From the IMG/VR virus record IMGVR_UViG_3300027734_000048, positions 52,567 to 116,566 of that record: a stretch of DNA of 64,000 bases. One strand, given 5' to 3'. Shown here piece by piece: positions 10,211 to 20,042 of the stretch (within the stretch, counting starts at the first letter, position 1; the number at the start of each line of letters is the position of its first letter). The stretch comes from a virus. The translations under genes were made by a program, and so were the position numbers. The notes beneath the pieces were generated by a model, which had not been told where the DNA came from, searched no databases, and saw nothing but the letters and a program-made list of their open reading frames with translations.

Positions 10211-11830
10211 CTATTCGGACATTTCAGCAATTGCATCAATATCGTCAAATTTTCTGCCCTCACCCTTTGGATTTCGTCCTGCAACTGTTGCAGATCCATC
10301 AGACTGATTATTTGTTCGTTGGGCATCTCTGGCTCTATTTGTAGTTGCATCTGCTGACTGTTGTGGCTTAAGGTCTAGTGGCTGATCCCCACCATCTCTT
10401 TGTGGCATTCTCAAAATAGTTCTTGCCTCATTAGGAAGCATGATTTGATTTTTTACATAACGCTCAAGGATTTGTGATTGTGCAATTTCATCAGTTAATG
10501 TGAGTTCATTAAACTTAAACTGAAGAATATCTGTTTTTTCACGAATAATCTTATTGATTGGCTTTTCAAGTTCTCTTTGTGCTGGTCTTGCAACCTGTTC
10601 CTTAAATGTTCTATCTTGTGCAAGTGCTGCAGCGATAGCAGATGAATCGGATCCGCCAAGTTTTGAAAGTGGCACCTGATGTGCTACCAAAATATCATCA
10701 CGATTTTGCTTACGATACTTTTCAAAAGATCCCTCTTGAACACCATTTTCAATTGGCTCCATCTTAAACTCAACCTTATTTGTATCAGAGTCTCCTGGGA
10801 GTGGTATATAAAGAGTTCTATGATTTTGCCCCTTCATTCCAGTCTGCAAGAATCTAAACATCTTATCTTCTGCTTCACCAGAAAGTTTTGCACCCTTAAG
10901 AGTTACAACATATCGTGGTACTGCCTTGTTGCTAAAATAGTCAATATTGTATTGTGATGCAAGCATATCTCCTTGAAGTGCTGTGATTGCTGAAATAATA
11001 TCTGGAACACCGTAAAAAGTATTTAGTGGAGAGTATTCTTTAAAGTGAATAATTTCATTTGGTCTAGCATCTGCAGTTACTGGATTTGGGTTTGTTGCTC
11101 CAAAGTTACGGAAATAAACAACTTTATTTGCAATAACCTGAACAAATCCATCACGCAGTCTTCTTGCTCTCATTGTTACTGATGGGATGTGACCAATGTA
11201 TCCTATTTCTCCTTTTACCGTACGTCCAACTTCAATGTATCCGTTTCCAGTTGCTTGAACATCTGTATAAACCTTTTCCATAATAGTAGTAAACGAGTCT
11301 TCGCTATTTAGACTTTCAAGCCAATCTGTTAACTCTATCTTTGCTCTTTCAATTCTTTTTCTAGCACGACCAACTGCTTCTGAATCTGAAGAAGATTCTA
11401 ACTTCAACATTGTCCTTGAAGAAACCTCAAAGTCATAGCCAAGACCAACAATGTTTTCTACCTTTGCATCAATGGCTGCATGGTTAGCAAAAGAGGTATC
11501 ATAATAACTTGCAAGTTCATAAAGATTCCATGGTGGAGTAATAACATCAAATAAGCCATATCCATTTCTAAAAATAGTACCTGGATTAATCTCTTTAGAC
11601 TTAGCACCATCTTTACCGCTTCTAACTGCTAAAGCACTATCCATATATTGTGGAGTTGCCTCACCCTTAGCGATTCTTGACGCTCTTCTTTTAAAGTTAT
11701 TATCTAAACCAGATAAAGTTTTTAATTCATCCCAAGTCTTATTAAATGGATCTTGCTCTTTAAAAACATCTGCTTCTTGTGGAAAATTATCCATAGATGC
11801 ACGAACTATATATTCATTTTCTTCTGACAT
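10211..11830 (-). CDS. portal protein
   Basis: 539 aa; TGNGYIEV.R, EIIHFKEYSP...YGVP, YF.N.AVP motifs of phage portals; upstream of protease. Confidence 0.88.
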   Translation of the reverse strand: MSEENEYIVRASMDNFPQEADVFKEQDPFNKTWDELKTLSGLDNNFKRRASRIAKGEATPQYMDSALAVRSGKDGAKSKEINPGTIFRNGYGLFDVITPPWNLYELASYYDTSFANHAAIDAKVENIVGLGYDFEVSSRTMLKLESSSDSEAVGRARKRIERAKIELTDWLESLNSEDSFTTIMEKVYTDVQATGNGYIEVGRTVKGEIGYIGHIPSVTMRARRLRDGFVQVIANKVVYFRNFGATNPNPVTADARPNEIIHFKEYSPLNTFYGVPDIISAITALQGDMLASQYNIDYFSNKAVPRYVVTLKGAKLSGEAEDKMFRFLQTGMKGQNHRTLYIPLPGDSDTNKVEFKMEPIENGVQEGSFEKYRKQNRDDILVAHQVPLSKLGGSDSSAIAAALAQDRTFKEQVARPAQRELEKPINKIIREKTDILQFKFNELTLTDEIAQSQILERYVKNQIMLPNEARTILRMPQRDGGDQPLDLKPQQSADATTNRARDAQRTNNQSDGSATVAGRNPKGEGRKFDDIDAIAEMSE

Positions 11831-12234
11831 TAGTCATCACTTCCATATTTAGCAATAGTGTCCTTAGCAGCCTGAACAGCACCCAGGTCGTTCATAGATG
11901 GAATTAATCCTTCTGATAATCTTTGCTTTTGCTCAGAGTACTCTTCTTCTGAAATTCTAGTTAATCCTGGAACAAAGATACACTGCCCATTGCCTTCATC
12001 TCCGTAATATTTTGCTGCATCACGTAGTTTTGCAATTTGGGTTATGTCGCCCTTCATTGATTCAATGTTAAGAACAGATCCAGAACCATCAGTAAACCAC
12101 TTTCCGTCTGCCTTCTTGTAAACATAAAGTCCCCAGTCATAATGCTTTTCAATAATCTTTGCACGAGACTCACCAATTTGCCCTTTCATTTTGGGCAATG
12201 CTTTACGCTTTTTCTTTGGATTTTCAATATTCAT
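11830..12234 (-). CDS. hypothetical protein upstream of portal
   Basis: About 134 aa, coupled to the portal start; TGGTATACT 7 nt before ATG. Confidence 0.6.
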   Translation of the reverse strand: MNIENPKKKRKALPKMKGQIGESRAKIIEKHYDWGLYVYKKADGKWFTDGSGSVLNIESMKGDITQIAKLRDAAKYYGDEGNGQCIFVPGLTRISEEEYSEQKQRLSEGLIPSMNDLGAVQAAKDTIAKYGSDD

Positions 12235-12252
12235 AACCACAAGTATACCATA

Positions 12253-15200
12253 TTATACTGGATCTGATGTCTGAGATTGCCACACTATATCTGTATAAAG
12301 TTCATATTGATATGAGTTTAGCCTAAATTTTCTTGTATCGTCTACAATTATCTTATTTGTACCAACATAACTCTTATACACATCAGAAGGATCTACTCCA
12401 TAATAAGACTTTGTGGACAAAACAAGTACCCCATTCCAAACATATGCTGAATTCCAGTAATCCCACTCTAACTCTAAAGGCCCCAGATACTTAACCTTAA
12501 ACCAAGGTCTTTCTGTAATATTTTGAACTTCCTGTAAGTTTGTGGACTTGTAATGAGAAACAAGATTAACAAGCAAAGGACCATTAATTTTAATTGATCC
12601 AACATAGTTATCAAAGTTAACAATACTGGAAAATGATACCCCCAGCATTCCCCATTCCCTTATGGTTATGTTTGGCTCTTTTACAAGATTACCATTCCAA
12701 TAAAATCCAATACCGTTTTCAATTTGTCCAGTTCTTGCATTAACAGCATATATTTTTGCTCTTTTGCCATCTGGATGATTTGCTACCATATAAAACTTTA
12801 TAAGATCATTTTTGCCCTCAACCTCAAAAATTTGTGTTGGAGCATATGGGAAAAAGTCTTGATCATATCTAATTGCTGCCTGCATAGCCATAACTTTATA
12901 ATTAGAAGATTTGTTTGAATTTACTGGAATTGATAGTCCACGATTTACTAATGGGTCATACGAACCCTTCACCTGTATTCCAGAATTTTTTGTAAGATAT
13001 AAGTATGGAGAACTACCCTTATAAATTGTGTATGGATTTGGCTTTTTATAATCATAGTAAATACCAGTTTTTGTATATGGATAAATCTGAACACCAAACC
13101 TGCTTCCAATTGGATTTGGAGCCACATCATTATAAGCCTGTGATGCTAGTTGCAAACTTTTAACTCTAACTGGATTATTAAGAATTCCACGCACTTTAAA
13201 ATTTAAATGAACAACTACCGCAAGATCATTGAAATTAGTTCCTCTTGGTGGGTATAGTAGCATTCCATCTACTACCTCATATTTTGTATTTATAAAATTA
13301 TCGTAGATAGGTTTATTATTATCATCATAACCCAAAAGATATGTTCCTGGCTCAACAATTCCATTTTGCAATGGTGACTCTATATTTGTAAAATAAGAGT
13401 CTTTGGCATTTGCACCTGTTGAGACATACTGAAAACTGACATAAGATTTTACTAATGAGTTTGATGTATCATACTTATATGTTTTTGAAGATTTATTTTT
13501 TAAGTCTGAATAATCCATGTACCCAGTAAAAAGGTGATTGTCAAGTGATTCATAAGTTCTTTGAATTGGATTTTGGTACTCAGATTGCAGTTCTTCATAA
13601 TTCCAAGAGCCAACCTGAGATTCTTCTACAAACTTTGAGGGTGCTGGATAATTTATATTAAACTGCATAAAATCTAAATCATAGTACGATTCATTTTTTG
13701 CATCTGTAACATATTTTGCAAAATATGACAATGGTATGTGATCTTCCCAATAACCATCTATATCTATATCTAATGCAAAAGTATCAAAGTAGTTATTTGG
13801 GCTTAAGGTATAACTTGCTATATGATTTATTAATTTTTGAGTTGGATATGAGTTAATGTTTCCACCATCTAAAATATAGTCCCAAAAATAAGAAGTTGCA
13901 CCAACATATTGGCCAGCATCATAATCAATATACTGATTATAAGTATTAAAAACATTTTCAAAATTAGTAGGTGTTCCAAAATCATTAAAGCATTCAGAAA
14001 TAAAAGAGTGGTTTCTTTCTGTTGCAAAACCTATTTTATATATATTTCCTAAAAACATTTTAGATAGAGTTTTATCTCCACCAACATATAATTTAAGCCC
14101 TGACCTATTTCCAAAAAAACTAGAGACATCTTGGCCGTAATGAGAAGCAAAAGTATCTATATCTAACCCAGAGATAAAATCTTCTCCAACTTGTACTGGC
14201 ACTGTTTCATATATGAATTTTTCCCCAGAAGATTTAACAATTTTATACTCTAACTCTAATGTATGTTGCAACTCAATAATAAATGAATTTCCAGTTATTT
14301 GGTCATCTATCCTAAATAAAACTTGTGGTGAATCTGGCACTGATAAAACTTTAAAAATTCCATAAAAAGATCTAATTGGAGTATTTGTAACATCTAAACT
14401 ATCAAACAAAATATATCCGCTTGTATCGTTCCAGTCAGAATTTGGCCTTAATCTAAAGAGCATATCTGATTCATTCTGTATGTTCTTACATGCAGTGTTC
14501 CACTCTTGATTTGTTTTATTATTAAAAAATACCGTTGGCAAATTATACTCTGGAAGAGATAGTGCATTATTTGATGCAACTAGATTATCTATAGATGCTT
14601 GAGACCAAATACCTATATCTGGATAAGAATAATTATTTGAATAGTTTGAAAATGGATAATCAATAAATAGGGATGTTCCACTATAAGATGCATTAATATT
14701 TTCTGGTACCTCAACACCTTGACCGTAAACAAACCTTCGTTTTGCAACAATTGATGGAACCTGATAAGGATAAATTGCAACACAGTCTACTTCAATTGGA
14801 GATACATCTTCGTATGCATAAAATCCAATCCAGTCTTGATTTTTACCTTCAGAATTATATTTATCTGGTAAAGCAAGTTCTGAAGTTATCATGTTTAATG
14901 AAATTACCTGCTCTCCATTAATAAGAAGGTTTGCTGAGTTATTTGTTAATCTAACATGAACAATCATTGGCCTTACCCATTCACCAATATAGTGAGATCC
15001 ATAATAATTATCAATCTTTAAAATTATGAAAGGGCCATCTACATAAATTCCATCTAAAGATGAGATTGGTCCACAAATTCTTTTCTTAACACTTGTATCT
15101 GAATTAATTCTGAGCCACATCTCTAGCGTTTGTTCTTTAAATTTACCACCCTCATTTAAAAAACCATTTCCAGGAATTATTAAAGATGGCAGATCTCCAT

Positions 15201-15987
15201 TTTCTTTTAATATTGTTGTACTTGTAGATCCATAAACTAGAGGAATCCCAGAATTTTTTGCAACAAGTGCATTGTCAGAGACCATATAGTATCCAGGAGA
15301 ATCTGACAAACCATAAGATTTTGCCTCAATCGCATATGATGAATCAATTGCTATATCGGAAGGAACTAAAACTTTTTGAGCACCCAAAGATGTTGAATTA
15401 AACTCTTCTGACCATTGACCAAGAGTTATTCCATTAACAAGAAATTCATAATCATTTTGTGAAATAGAACCACTAATATACTTTATCTTCAACACAATTC
15501 TAAAGGTTGTATTTTTATTTGGAATCTCAAAGGTTTCTGAGACAAACATCCATTTTCCATAAATAGATGTATTATAATTTTTTAGATTTTGAATTACTTT
15601 ACCACTTAGTGGATCGTAGTACTCATACCCTATTTCGATTCCAGCAATATAAGAACTTAATGAATTTATATAACCACCAATAGAAAATGTAGACATATAT
15701 GAATTTAGTGTCGTAAAATTACTTAAGTTATCGCTTATGCAAACTATCTCACCAAAACTTTCAGTGCTTAACTCTCCAGTAAGTTTAGTAACTGAACTAT
15801 CTGTAAAAGGCTCATCGTATACGGAGTCAAACTCTTGCGAAGACCCACCAGTTACTGACCAATTGAAAACAGATCTTTCTTCTTCATTAATCAAAGAAAT
15901 ATAGTCTGCTTTATCATCCAATGCCCACAAAACCGTTGGGTGTTCAGCAAACACTTTTTCTGCATATAGATTTGATGGAATAGACAT
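12253..15987 (-). CDS. large virion structural protein with LamG/concanavalin-like domains (putative)
   Basis: 1244 aa; N-terminal YAEKVFAEHP..LWALDD and TLEMWLR...LLINGEQV...VDCVAIYPY are LamG-like signatures. Confidence 0.55.
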   Translation of the reverse strand: MSIPSNLYAEKVFAEHPTVLWALDDKADYISLINEEERSVFNWSVTGGSSQEFDSVYDEPFTDSSVTKLTGELSTESFGEIVCISDNLSNFTTLNSYMSTFSIGGYINSLSSYIAGIEIGYEYYDPLSGKVIQNLKNYNTSIYGKWMFVSETFEIPNKNTTFRIVLKIKYISGSISQNDYEFLVNGITLGQWSEEFNSTSLGAQKVLVPSDIAIDSSYAIEAKSYGLSDSPGYYMVSDNALVAKNSGIPLVYGSTSTTILKENGDLPSLIIPGNGFLNEGGKFKEQTLEMWLRINSDTSVKKRICGPISSLDGIYVDGPFIILKIDNYYGSHYIGEWVRPMIVHVRLTNNSANLLINGEQVISLNMITSELALPDKYNSEGKNQDWIGFYAYEDVSPIEVDCVAIYPYQVPSIVAKRRFVYGQGVEVPENINASYSGTSLFIDYPFSNYSNNYSYPDIGIWSQASIDNLVASNNALSLPEYNLPTVFFNNKTNQEWNTACKNIQNESDMLFRLRPNSDWNDTSGYILFDSLDVTNTPIRSFYGIFKVLSVPDSPQVLFRIDDQITGNSFIIELQHTLELEYKIVKSSGEKFIYETVPVQVGEDFISGLDIDTFASHYGQDVSSFFGNRSGLKLYVGGDKTLSKMFLGNIYKIGFATERNHSFISECFNDFGTPTNFENVFNTYNQYIDYDAGQYVGATSYFWDYILDGGNINSYPTQKLINHIASYTLSPNNYFDTFALDIDIDGYWEDHIPLSYFAKYVTDAKNESYYDLDFMQFNINYPAPSKFVEESQVGSWNYEELQSEYQNPIQRTYESLDNHLFTGYMDYSDLKNKSSKTYKYDTSNSLVKSYVSFQYVSTGANAKDSYFTNIESPLQNGIVEPGTYLLGYDDNNKPIYDNFINTKYEVVDGMLLYPPRGTNFNDLAVVVHLNFKVRGILNNPVRVKSLQLASQAYNDVAPNPIGSRFGVQIYPYTKTGIYYDYKKPNPYTIYKGSSPYLYLTKNSGIQVKGSYDPLVNRGLSIPVNSNKSSNYKVMAMQAAIRYDQDFFPYAPTQIFEVEGKNDLIKFYMVANHPDGKRAKIYAVNARTGQIENGIGFYWNGNLVKEPNITIREWGMLGVSFSSIVNFDNYVGSIKINGPLLVNLVSHYKSTNLQEVQNITERPWFKVKYLGPLELEWDYWNSAYVWNGVLVLSTKSYYGVDPSDVYKSYVGTNKIIVDDTRKFRLNSYQYELYTDIVWQSQTSDPV

Positions 15988-16002
15988 TATAGGTCTATTT
16001 TA

Positions 16003-16524
16003 TCATACTATGCGGGTAAACCATCTTGGAAGTGCATATCTATTTGAGCCAGTAATTTTTTTTACACCGTGCATAAAAGAGGGATTATCTGGAAAAGCAA
16101 TCATATCTCCAGTCTTGGGTTTAATCTCTATATCATGGTCTGGGAAATAAATTTCTCCACCACCATAATTATCATTTAAATATATTAGTGTTGCAATATC
16201 ATTTGGTCTAGATGTATCAAAATGTGCTGGCATATCTGCATCTATATCAAATTTTGAAATATGTGTCTTTCTTTCTAAAAAATCTTGAAATGGTCCTTCA
16301 TAATCTTCAAGTATTTGACTGTATGCTTTTTTTGCAACATTTTGTAATAAACTTATTACATTTACATCATTTTTTGAAATTTCCTGAAAGGTCTGTATTT
16401 TAAAATAATCTATATGCTCATATTTAAAAAAAGAACTATCTGTTTTTTTGGAATAATCATATATGATTTCTGCAAGTTCTGAACTAATAAAGTTTGGATA
16501 AATTTTTATTAAATCTGAACTCAT
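16003..16524 (-). CDS. 2OG-Fe(II) oxygenase, prolyl-4-hydroxylase-like
   Basis: HFD...IYLNDNYGGGEI.F...H.V..I..S.RY facial triad and 2OG-binding Arg. Confidence 0.85.
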   Translation of the reverse strand: MSSDLIKIYPNFISSELAEIIYDYSKKTDSSFFKYEHIDYFKIQTFQEISKNDVNVISLLQNVAKKAYSQILEDYEGPFQDFLERKTHISKFDIDADMPAHFDTSRPNDIATLIYLNDNYGGGEIYFPDHDIEIKPKTGDMIAFPDNPSFMHGVKKITGSNRYALPRWFTRIV

Positions 16525-18551
16525 GATATTTTTATTTCACAATAATCTGTTGTACAGTATGCCTCACCCATTGCTTCTAGGTTATCTACACCGTCGTAAA
16601 TTGCACCAAAATCAATATGCTTTAACTTACCTACATAACTATTATACTCCTCTTCAGAAATCTGAGTATATGGCTGTTGAGGATAAACAGTATTTCCCAT
16701 TGGCAAGAATGATACTGCCTTTAACTGTCCCTCGTACATATGCAATGCTGGAACAACATGCTTTGATTCTGTTTCCTTGTCAAAAGACAAAGTTACAGAA
16801 ACCCCATTATCTGACCAATACTTTTGAGCAGTTGCTGCAAGTGCAATTTTTTCAAATAGCGTTACATCTTTTTCAGATCTTGGATGACCTGACTTGATTG
16901 GGAAGTAAACTACTGATGTATTTGCTGATACTACGTCGTCTTCAATTGTGTACCCTGCTGCTTTGAACAAGTGCGTCATTGGATCTGTGTTTCCAAATCG
17001 AACTGCACGAAGGAAGAAGTTTCCTCCAGGTCCCCAGTGAACTCCAGGAGTTGCACCAGAAAGAATTGAAACTGATCCTGATGGCTTAACTGTTGTTACA
17101 CGAATTGATTCACGAACACAAAGCCATTCTGAATACTGATGATCGTAGTGACGAATCTTGTTGTATCCTTCATCCATCCACTCACGAACGATTGGCAAAC
17201 CCTTTTGATCTGCAAAGGAAGCAATACCAGTAAGTGATGTACCAATACGACGATTGCGTTGCATGATACCGTTTGTTTGTGGCCAGTGTGTTGGAACAAG
17301 TGTAACAGTCTTTCCATAAAGGTATGCAAACTTCAGGGTACGCAGGAAGTCCTCCTTAGATTCATGACGATTCAGGTGCACTTCTACAAGTGTACATAGT
17401 TCGTATGACTCCAATGGCTGCTCCGCACATGGGTTAAACCCCATCACACGATAATCTTTACCGTCTGGCGCATCCTTTAGTCGTCCATAATTACGAGCAA
17501 CATCAAGCCAAATAAAACCTGGCTCTCCATTTTCCGTAATTAAATCTACATAATCTTCATACTTTGTTCCTACTTCTGCTGAAATAGAGTTATTAGACAT
17601 CCAAGCCCAACCTGGATTTTCTGGGTCAAATGAGTTACGCTCTGGGAACATCTCTGAGTTCTTTAAGTTCATAAATGTATCATCGCCAGCGTTACCCAAA
17701 GCAAGTGTTGCTGATCTACGAACATTTCCTGATACAACGCATGTACCAATAAGGTTTACCAAATCTACAATAGCACGAGAATCCAGTGTTTCTCCACCTC
17801 TGGAGCCGATTACACGGTCTATTTGGTCGTGCAACTTGATAAGAGGTGCAGGCCCTGACGCAACGCCTCCAAAGCCCTTAATGGGTGCTCCAAGAGGTCT
17901 GATCAAATCATAATTAAACTTCTGAATACTTTGGTTTGCTCTAAGGTATGAGTTGATTAGAAGTCTAACTGACTCTACCCATCCTTCACGAGTGTCTGGA
18001 ATTTCAAAGATCTCTTCTGGCTCTGTTGGGGTATAGATTAAGAAATTCTTATCCTGTCCCACTGTATCAAATCCTACACCAATGCCAAGCATTAATGCAT
18101 CCATAACCCAAGCAAACAAGGCTCCTGGATCATTCTTATCAAGATCCTTGGTTGATACCATTGCACAGTTTTGTAGTGCTGCTGAGTTCTTCTTCTCCAT
18201 AGTCATAGGAGTTCCAAATGCCCACATTCCTCGACCTGGTGGAGTCCACTTCAATTCAAACATTCTTTGGAATGCTTCTTGTGCAGATTTTTGAGCCTTG
18301 TAGTCATTCCATGGTAAGCGGTTTTCTTTAGCATGATTCTTCTGAACTGAATACATACCTTCAATTACACGACGACAAACCTCATGCCATCTTTCTTTAG
18401 TTCCATCTTCCTTCATGCGAGAATAAGTACGAATAAAAGTAATTTCTCCAAGTGAATTTTCTGCTGCATCTTTAAAACCAAATGGACTTTCTGTATTCTT
18501 GTACTTTTCTACAAAATCTTCTGGAAGTCTAAAACTAAAAAAATCGGTCAT
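16521..18551 (-). CDS. nrdJ: class II (B12-dependent) ribonucleotide reductase
   Basis: PPGRG, NCAMV, NPCAEQ.L...ELC.L, TVKPSG and C-terminal CTTDYC motifs of monomeric RTPR; no intein seen. Confidence 0.92.
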   Translation of the reverse strand: MTDFFSFRLPEDFVEKYKNTESPFGFKDAAENSLGEITFIRTYSRMKEDGTKERWHEVCRRVIEGMYSVQKNHAKENRLPWNDYKAQKSAQEAFQRMFELKWTPPGRGMWAFGTPMTMEKKNSAALQNCAMVSTKDLDKNDPGALFAWVMDALMLGIGVGFDTVGQDKNFLIYTPTEPEEIFEIPDTREGWVESVRLLINSYLRANQSIQKFNYDLIRPLGAPIKGFGGVASGPAPLIKLHDQIDRVIGSRGGETLDSRAIVDLVNLIGTCVVSGNVRRSATLALGNAGDDTFMNLKNSEMFPERNSFDPENPGWAWMSNNSISAEVGTKYEDYVDLITENGEPGFIWLDVARNYGRLKDAPDGKDYRVMGFNPCAEQPLESYELCTLVEVHLNRHESKEDFLRTLKFAYLYGKTVTLVPTHWPQTNGIMQRNRRIGTSLTGIASFADQKGLPIVREWMDEGYNKIRHYDHQYSEWLCVRESIRVTTVKPSGSVSILSGATPGVHWGPGGNFFLRAVRFGNTDPMTHLFKAAGYTIEDDVVSANTSVVYFPIKSGHPRSEKDVTLFEKIALAATAQKYWSDNGVSVTLSFDKETESKHVVPALHMYEGQLKAVSFLPMGNTVYPQQPYTQISEEEYNSYVGKLKHIDFGAIYDGVDNLEAMGEAYCTTDYCEIKIS

Positions 18552-18654
18552 GTGTATCGTCCTTTCAAAAACGGAATAGTGTTAAGTATAGCAGAGTTTT
18601 ATAAAAGTTAAAACTGTAAGTAAATCTTTACTTTAGAGTTAACAAAAACTAAAA

Positions 18655-19299
18655 TTATCCAATTGGAATCCAGTGTTGTTGTTGCGATCCAAGCATTTGT
18701 GATAATGGTGATAAATCATATGCAATTGTAATTCTTGGAGTTGTTTCGCTCCAACCACCTATTCCGTGTGGGTGACCAGTTTCTGAAAGGATAGCACGAT
18801 TGTTTTTGTTTATATTATCAAAAAGATCTTCCCCATTGATTCTGTATCTAGTATATGATGGTTCTGCATTTACACAATAATATCCATGAAATATTGGTGC
18901 TCCAGTTCCATTCATATGATCATGCAATCCGTCTTTTGTTTTATCATTAAGTTTTGGATCAAAGTTGTAGTTTATATTAAACCACCCCTGAATCATATAC
19001 TGTTCTTTTTTAATATCTATTTCATAATAATATGTTGCTTCTTTTAACATGTCTTCAATGTTTGAATATAAGTTATAAATCATGTGATTATGAAATTGAA
19101 AAATGTTATATTTTTGAGCAAGCATGCTTGTAAAATTTGGATATTTTGATTTTATATCATTAAATTCTTCTTTAGATAGTCCAGGTAGTTCTCCATTTTT
19201 CAAGGATGTCTCTAGTTTTAAAACATAGTCTACTAATTCAACTAAGTTGTTATCTAGTGATCTTTCAAAAAATCTATGACCTTTATTATTTGTGTTCAT
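18655..19299 (-). CDS. putative 2OG-Fe(II) oxygenase (cupin fold)
   Basis: GWFNIN...HDH...FHGYYCV...HPH.....RITIAYD; ATGA overlap with the upstream gene. Confidence 0.7.
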   Translation of the reverse strand: MNTNNKGHRFFERSLDNNLVELVDYVLKLETSLKNGELPGLSKEEFNDIKSKYPNFTSMLAQKYNIFQFHNHMIYNLYSNIEDMLKEATYYYEIDIKKEQYMIQGWFNINYNFDPKLNDKTKDGLHDHMNGTGAPIFHGYYCVNAEPSYTRYRINGEDLFDNINKNNRAILSETGHPHGIGGWSETTPRITIAYDLSPLSQMLGSQQQHWIPIG

Positions 19300-20030
19300 T
19301 TGTATACCTTTTTCTTCCAAAAGTGTTTCTTATAACCAGAATTAAATACACTTCGAATTATATTCCTTTGCTTATTTATTTTTTTAACTTCATCTATACT
19401 TCTTACTATTTTTGAAACAAAGGTTGTTCTTTTAAATGGAATTACCTGAACCAGTGGAGTTCCTTGTTTAATAAAACCTTTAAAGTTGTCTTTTACCAAA
19501 AATGAAAAAAGTCCGTCTGAGGCAAAACTATCCGTATCTATTATTGCAGAAATAGCAAATAGGGGTGAATCCTCACGATGTTGTGGGTTAATGAATATAC
19601 TACTATATCCTGGAGTTGTTTTTACTAGCCAAACTAGATTAACTCTAAATATATGATCAATGTATTCATCTTTATTTATTGGGTATCCAGAAATCTGTCT
19701 CATATCATGCATACCAGTCATTGGTGTAGAAACAAATTGCTTCATAGATTGTGGAACATCAAAGATTTGTTTTCCTTCTGTTGTATCTATATATATATCA
19801 AATGGTGCTTTTAATATATACCCGCTTGTTAAAATATCTAAAAATGCCATACATTTTTTAACAGTTAATTTTTGTACACCATTTGAAGGTGATTGATCAT
19901 TATCATAAAATCCTGGAATTTTTCTAAACCATTCTGGCATATTTTTTGAAGATGGTTCTGGCTCTGGAAAAGCATCCACCATTTGTGGAAATAAAGTAAT
20001 AAAACTTATTTCTTGATTTTCAGACTTCAT
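19296..20030 (-). CDS. conserved phage protein (possibly dUTPase-like fold) accompanying oxygenases
   Basis: PEWF...TVKKCMAFLD..TSGY...GTPLVQVIPFKR; paralog at 39931-40656. Confidence 0.55.
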   Translation of the reverse strand: MKSENQEISFITLFPQMVDAFPEPEPSSKNMPEWFRKIPGFYDNDQSPSNGVQKLTVKKCMAFLDILTSGYILKAPFDIYIDTTEGKQIFDVPQSMKQFVSTPMTGMHDMRQISGYPINKDEYIDHIFRVNLVWLVKTTPGYSSIFINPQHREDSPLFAISAIIDTDSFASDGLFSFLVKDNFKGFIKQGTPLVQVIPFKRTTFVSKIVRSIDEVKKINKQRNIIRSVFNSGYKKHFWKKKVYK

Positions 20031-20042
20031 CTAACAATTATA